In this document: in pieces, positions 59,125-64,000 of the stretch
Layout: each line of letters opens with the position of its first letter
Position numbering within the stretch: the stretch's first letter is position 1
From: Longimicrobiales bacterium
Lineage (GTDB): Bacteria; Gemmatimonadota; Gemmatimonadetes; Longimicrobiales; Gaopeijiaceae
Direction: 5' to 3'
Length of the DNA: 64,000 nucleotides
NCBI GenBank assembly: GCA_965116905.1
Contig: OZ220732.1
Coordinates: 3,264,001-3,328,000, forward strand
Translations under genes and position numbers: made by a program
The notes under the pieces: generated by a model
Database searches by the model: none
Seen by the model: only the letters and a program-made list of their open reading frames with translations
Told to the model about the DNA's origin: nothing

Positions 59125-61515
59125 ATGAGAAACCGCCTCCCCGTTCTCTCGGCACTCGCCGTCACTTCGGCGTTCCTGCTCCCGCCCGCCCCCCTCCCCG
59201 CCCAGCAGTCCCCCGTCACGGTCACGGCGGAAGACTACGCGCGTGCCGAGTCCTTGCTCGCGGGCGGGACCGCCGGCCTCGTCTTCGGCGCGTCCGTGCA
59301 GCCCAACTGGCTGGCCGGCGACCGTTTCTGGTACCGCAACACCACAGCCGGCGGCACCGAGTTCATCCTCGCCGATCCCGCCGCGGGCACCCGGGCCCAC
59401 GCTTTCGACCATGACCGCCTGGCCGCGGCCATCGGCGCCGTGACCGGCGGCGAGATCGCGCCCCTGGACCTCCCCTTCCGCACCTTCGAGCTGAGCCCGT
59501 CCGGCGACGTCCTCACGGCACGGGTGGGCGGAGGCCCCACCGACGCGGGCGGGCGTTCGCCCCGGGCAGACGACACGCACCTCCGCTGCGACCTGGCCAC
59601 CTACCAGTGCGAGGCCACCGAACCCGCACCGGACCGCGACCCCAACGCCATTCCGTCCCCCGACGGCACCAGGGCCGCCTTCATCCGCGACCACAACCTC
59701 TGGCTGCGCGACCTGGGCACGGGCGCCGAGACCGCGCTCACCACCGACGGGACCCTGGACTTCGGCTATGCGACCAACAACGCGGGGTGGGTCAGGCGCG
59801 ACTCTCCGGTGCTGCTCTGGTCCCCGGGATCGGACATGATCGCCACCTTCCAGCACGACGCACGCGGCGTGGGCATGATGCACATGGCAACCACGAACGT
59901 GGGTCACCCCGAGCTGGAGTCCTGGAAGTATCCGCTCCCGGGCGACAGCCTGATCTTCCGCATCAGCCGGGTCGTGATCCACGTGGGCGAACCGGCGGCC
60001 GGCCGGCCCCACCGCGTGGTCCGCCTGGCATTGCCGCCCGACCCGCACCGCTCTTCGACCACCGACCACGTGGCGGGCCGGGGCGGCGTCTTCCTCGACG
60101 TGGAATGGAGCGCCGACGGGTCGCAGCTCGCCTTCCTGTCGAACTCCCGCGACCACAAGCATGCGCAGCTTCGCGTCGCGGACCCCCACACCGGAGAGGT
60201 TCGCGACGTACTCGACGAGACCGAGGAGACCTTCTTCGAATCGGGCTCTGGCGGGGCGAACTGGCGCGTGCTCAAGGCGTCGAACGAGGTCATCTGGTTT
60301 TCGAAGCGGCACAACTGGGGACACCTCTACCGCTACAGCCTCGACACCGGCGCACTGCTCGGCCGGATCACCACCGGAGACTGGAACGTGCGCCAGTTGC
60401 TGCGCGTTGACGAGGACGCGCGGACGCTGTACTTCACCGGGACGGGGCGCGAGCCCGGCGACCCCTACTTCCAGTACCTGTACAGGATCGGGATGGACGG
60501 CGCCGGCCTGACGCTGCTCACGCCCGACAGCGCGAACCACACCGTGACGCTGTCGCCGTCCGGCGCGTACTTCGTCGACAGTTACTCGACCCCGGTCACT
60601 CCCCCGGTGACGGTCGTCCGGGACGTGGACGGACACGTCGTGGCCGAGCTGGAGCGCGCGGACATCTCCGCCCTCCTCTCTTCCGGCTGGCAACCGCCGG
60701 AACCGTTCACCGTCAAGGCGCGGGACGGCGAGACGGATCTGCACGGCCTCATGTACAGGCCCACCCATTTCGATCCGTCGCGGTCATACCCGATCGTCAA
60801 CTACCTGTACCCGGGTCCGCAGTCGGGGAGCGTGGGCTCGCGGTCGTTCCGGGCGTCGCGGGGCGACAAGCAGGCACTGGCCGAGCTGGGGTTCATCGTG
60901 GTCGAGGTCGACGCCATGGGGACGCCCGGCCGCTCGAAGGCGTTCCACGACGCGTACTACGGCAACATGGGCGACAACGGACTGCCGGATCAGGTCGGGA
61001 TGGTGCGGCAGCTCGCGGAGCGGCACCCCTGGATGGACCTCGACCGCGTCGGAATCTGGGGACACTCGGGCGGCGGCTTCGCGAGTACGGCCGGGATTCT
61101 GCGATACCCGGACTTCTACAAGGTCGCGGTCTCGCAGGCGGGCAATCACGACAACCGCAACTACGAGGACGACTGGGGCGAGAAGTGGCAGGGGCTGCTG
61201 GAAACCCAACCTGACGGGACCACCAACTACGACAACCAGGCCAACCAGCTCGTGGCGGAGAACCTGAAGGGCAAGCTGCTGCTGGCCCACGGAACCATGG
61301 ACACCAACGTGCCGCTATACAATACGTTGCTGGTAGTGGACGCGCTGATCGCGGCGGACAAGGACTTCGACCTCATCATGCTGCCGAACCGGGGCCACGG
61401 CTTCAGCAGCGAACCCTACATGATGAGACGGCGGTGGGACTACTTCGTACGGCACCTGCTGGGCGTCGAGCCGCCCGAGTACACGATCGGGGCGGGGGGA
61501 AGGCCGGTGAGCTGA
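59125..61515 (+). CDS. S9B dipeptidyl-peptidase IV-like exported peptidase
   Basis: Signal peptide, DPP-IV N-terminal propeller, WGHSGGG, HGTMDTNV, GHG. Confidence 0.92.
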   Translation: MRNRLPVLSALAVTSAFLLPPAPLPAQQSPVTVTAEDYARAESLLAGGTAGLVFGASVQPNWLAGDRFWYRNTTAGGTEFILADPAAGTRAHAFDHDRLAAAIGAVTGGEIAPLDLPFRTFELSPSGDVLTARVGGGPTDAGGRSPRADDTHLRCDLATYQCEATEPAPDRDPNAIPSPDGTRAAFIRDHNLWLRDLGTGAETALTTDGTLDFGYATNNAGWVRRDSPVLLWSPGSDMIATFQHDARGVGMMHMATTNVGHPELESWKYPLPGDSLIFRISRVVIHVGEPAAGRPHRVVRLALPPDPHRSSTTDHVAGRGGVFLDVEWSADGSQLAFLSNSRDHKHAQLRVADPHTGEVRDVLDETEETFFESGSGGANWRVLKASNEVIWFSKRHNWGHLYRYSLDTGALLGRITTGDWNVRQLLRVDEDARTLYFTGTGREPGDPYFQYLYRIGMDGAGLTLLTPDSANHTVTLSPSGAYFVDSYSTPVTPPVTVVRDVDGHVVAELERADISALLSSGWQPPEPFTVKARDGETDLHGLMYRPTHFDPSRSYPIVNYLYPGPQSGSVGSRSFRASRGDKQALAELGFIVVEVDAMGTPGRSKAFHDAYYGNMGDNGLPDQVGMVRQLAERHPWMDLDRVGIWGHSGGGFASTAGILRYPDFYKVAVSQAGNHDNRNYEDDWGEKWQGLLETQPDGTTNYDNQANQLVAENLKGKLLLAHGTMDTNVPLYNTLLVVDALIAADKDFDLIMLPNRGHGFSSEPYMMRRRWDYFVRHLLGVEPPEYTIGAGGRPVS

Positions 61516-61605
61516 GGGGCGCGCGTCACCCTTGCCCCCGTTGCGCACCGGACGAGCGGCTACAGGTCGGACGCCTGCACCCCGCACGCGACGGACGTGC
61601 GCCGC

Positions 61606-63609
61606 TCAGCAGGTCAGGCAGCGATGGCTGTTCGCCGACCCGAGCTTCTCCAGCAGCGCCACGGTGGCGGGCCGCGGTGAGACCCGCTGGACCGGGCCGT
61701 TGGCCAGATCCGCCACGGTTTGCCCCCGTCGGCTGATCGCGCGGATGTCGGCCCCCTGTTCCACCAGGTAGATGATCAGGGGGTGGTCGCCGCGCGCGGC
61801 CGCGTGGTGCAGCGCGTTGTAGCCGTTGTGGTCGCGGGCGTTGATGTCGACGCCGAGCTCCTCCACCAGGTACCGCACGGCCGGGAGCCAGCCGTCGGGT
61901 GCGTGGCGGTGGGCGTTGCCGGCGAAGCCCTCGCCGTAGCCGACGCCCGAGGCCGCGTGGATGGGCCACACCCCGGGACCCCCCGCGGGGACCGGCGGCA
62001 GTCCGGACGCGTCGGGCTCCAGCGCGCGCAGGGAGTCGGCGACCTCCGAGGCGCGGATCAGGCTCTGCCGCACCTCGTCGTCCAGGCCGGCGAGCAGGTC
62101 GTCGGGGAACTCGCCCTGCTGCTCTTCACGCAGGTCGTTGCGGACCGACTTGAGCAGGGTCACGCGGGCGGAGTCGTCCAGTTCGCTGTAGGTGGAGTCC
62201 GACGCCAGCTGCGTCCGGTTCTGCTGCCGCAGGAACTCGTCGGTCGAGAGGCGGCGGCGCCGGGGCGGTGCTACGGTCGGGATGGCTGGGTCGGCCCCGT
62301 GTCCGACGAGCAGGCGCATCGCGGCGACGTCGGTGGCGTAGGCGGCGCGCCAGAACGCGGTGGCTCCCTGGGTGTCGACCAGACCGCAGTTGCGGTTGCC
62401 GCACCCGCTGTACTCCATGTACCAGGGGTGAAGCGTCAGACGGACGTCGGGGTCCGCGCCGGCCGCGAGCAGCGCCTCCATGACGTCCATGTAGGTCGCC
62501 GTCTGCAACCCCATTTCCTGCGGCTGCGGATACCGTGTGCGGGGCTGCCAGCGTGCGTTGACCGCCGCCCAGAGCGGGGTGGCGCCGTTCAGCGCCGACG
62601 CGATGTTGGGGTCGGCACCCCGCTCGATCAGGGTGAGCGCCAGGTCGAACTGGCCGTTGATCGTGGCCATCAGGAGGGGACTGGTCCCGTCGCTGGCCGA
62701 GACACGGTCGATGTCGGCGCCGCCATCAAGAAGCGCGACCGCGGACTCGGCGTACCCCTGCCGCACCGCGTGCAACAGGGCGGTCAGGCCGCCCTTGGCC
62801 TCGATGCGCCGGGGCCGGAAGTCGTCCTCCTCCTCTTCCTCTTCGTCTTCGGGGAGCCCCTCCTCGTACACCGTGCGCGACGCCCGAACCGCCGTCTGGA
62901 ACTCGGTGGGGGTCGGGGCCCGCGACCGGCCCGCCGTCAGCGCCTCGACCGCCTCGGTGCGGCGCCGGCCCGCGATCCGGTCGAGTTCGGAGAGCACCCG
63001 AAGATCCTCCACCCTGCTGGCGATGTCGGGATCGGCGCCTGCCGCGAGGAGCGCGCGGACGGCGTCGGCGCGGTTCATGGAGGCCGCGAACATGAGCGGG
63101 GTCTGGCCCCACACGTCCTCGCGCGCGTCGGGGTCGCCGCCGCCGTCGAGCAGCGCGGTGACCAGCGGCGCGGAGCCCGCCGTGGCGGCCAGGTGGAGGG
63201 GCGTGGTGCCCGAGCCGGGCGCCGGTGCAGCCGCGTCCGCCCCGGCGTCGAGGAGCATCCGCGCGACGGCGTCGCTGCCCGTGCGCGCCGCGATGTGGAG
63301 CGGCGTGTAGCCGCCGATCCGCGTGACGGGTTCGACCGCCGCCCCCGCGTAGAGGAGCATCTCCGCTAGTTCGGCGCTGCCGTGCTCGGCGGCCCAGTGC
63401 AGGGCCGTCATGCCGTCGCCCTGCGCCGCATTGACATCGGCGCCGCCCGCGAGCAGGCCCCGCACCGCCGCGATGTCGCCCTCCATCGCCGCGTCGGCGA
63501 CGGGGGAGTCGGCGACCGGGGAGGTGGCCGCGACGAGAGCGACGGTCAGCGCCGCGCAGCCGAGGAAGACCCCGGTCAGGCGCGCTTGCCGTGTTGCCAT
63601 GGCGGTCAT
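61606..63609 (-). CDS. Exported ankyrin-repeat protein
   Basis: Many G.T(A/P)LH.AA repeats, GADVN/GADPD; signal-like N-terminus; ends HRCLTC. Confidence 0.88.
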   Translation of the reverse strand: MTAMATRQARLTGVFLGCAALTVALVAATSPVADSPVADAAMEGDIAAVRGLLAGGADVNAAQGDGMTALHWAAEHGSAELAEMLLYAGAAVEPVTRIGGYTPLHIAARTGSDAVARMLLDAGADAAAPAPGSGTTPLHLAATAGSAPLVTALLDGGGDPDAREDVWGQTPLMFAASMNRADAVRALLAAGADPDIASRVEDLRVLSELDRIAGRRRTEAVEALTAGRSRAPTPTEFQTAVRASRTVYEEGLPEDEEEEEEDDFRPRRIEAKGGLTALLHAVRQGYAESAVALLDGGADIDRVSASDGTSPLLMATINGQFDLALTLIERGADPNIASALNGATPLWAAVNARWQPRTRYPQPQEMGLQTATYMDVMEALLAAGADPDVRLTLHPWYMEYSGCGNRNCGLVDTQGATAFWRAAYATDVAAMRLLVGHGADPAIPTVAPPRRRRLSTDEFLRQQNRTQLASDSTYSELDDSARVTLLKSVRNDLREEQQGEFPDDLLAGLDDEVRQSLIRASEVADSLRALEPDASGLPPVPAGGPGVWPIHAASGVGYGEGFAGNAHRHAPDGWLPAVRYLVEELGVDINARDHNGYNALHHAAARGDHPLIIYLVEQGADIRAISRRGQTVADLANGPVQRVSPRPATVALLEKLGSANSHRCLTC

Positions 63610-64000
63610 CCCTGCGTCGCCGCCGAGGACCCCGAGACGAGGGAGAATTCGCCCGTGCTGTCGCCGAAGCTCTCCATCTCCATCCCCAGACCATTGAGAG
63701 CCCACAGCATGGCGTTGGCCATGGGCGTGGCGTCGGGGGCCTCGAGGTGCAGGTTGCCTTCCAGGAGCCCGTCGGCGCCGCCCAGCAGGATGAGCGGGCA
63801 GCGGCGGTGGTTGTGCAGGTTGGCGTCGGCCATCGGCGAGCCCCACATGATCATGGTCTTGTCCAGAAGGCTGGCGTCACCCTCCATGCTGTTCTGCAGC
63901 TTGTCGAGGAAGTACGGCAGTTGCCCCACGCGGTACTGGCAGATCCTGTTGAACTCGAGGATCGCTTCCTCGCGCGCACCGTGGTGCGACGCGGGATGGA
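63606..64000 (-). CDS. DUF1552-like protein (5' partial)
   Basis: HPASHHG, SLLDKTMIMWGSPMADANLHNH, TPMANA, FGDSTG; ATGA overlap with ankyrin gene. Confidence 0.75.
   Translation of the reverse strand, partial: HPASHHGAREEAILEFNRICQYRVGQLPYFLDKLQNSMEGDASLLDKTMIMWGSPMADANLHNHRRCPLILLGGADGLLEGNLHLEAPDATPMANAMLWALNGLGMEMESFGDSTGEFSLVSGSSAATQG

Overview
GC-rich, gene-dense bacterial chromosomal segment with no rRNA, tRNA, CRISPR, IS or prophage that I can support. Gene content (SprA-like giant protein, DUF5916, choice-of-anchor B, DUF1552-ankyrin, topA-trmFO-xerC-hslVU-argF) suggests a Gemmatimonadota-type genome; this is inference, no search was run. Layout: (1) 1-14.5 kb housekeeping: lon (partial), engB, a sigma-54 activator, gcvT, argF, hslUV, xerC, trmFO, topA, aroK, aroC. 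(2) 14.5-25.7 kb type IVa pilus block (pilA, four minor pilins, pilMNOPQ) preceded by a GT2 and a TMTC-like GT-C/TPR glycosyltransferase, plus a LysM peptidase-like gene. (3) sodA/dinB, an AgcS symporter, a translationally coupled comEA-pilT-pilC unit downstream of a 2053-aa SprA/Sov-like gene, and lptFG. (4) 41.5-64 kb accessory region: a DapF with both catalytic Cys replaced by Ser, a DUF5916 protein, a thioredoxin-like protein coupled to a UGSC selenoprotein that the ORF track splits in two (in-frame TGA at 47187 with a SECIS-like hairpin), an SLC13 permease, exported hydrolases, a vapBC pair overlapping a Cys/Met PLP gene, a 17-bp tandem array, an S9 peptidase and a DUF1552-ankyrin pair. 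Best candidates for undescribed systems: the CxxC-protein/UGSC-selenoprotein redox module, TMTC-type pilin glycosylation, and the SprA-like barrel linked to comEA-pilT-pilC. Family assignments come from motif recognition by eye.
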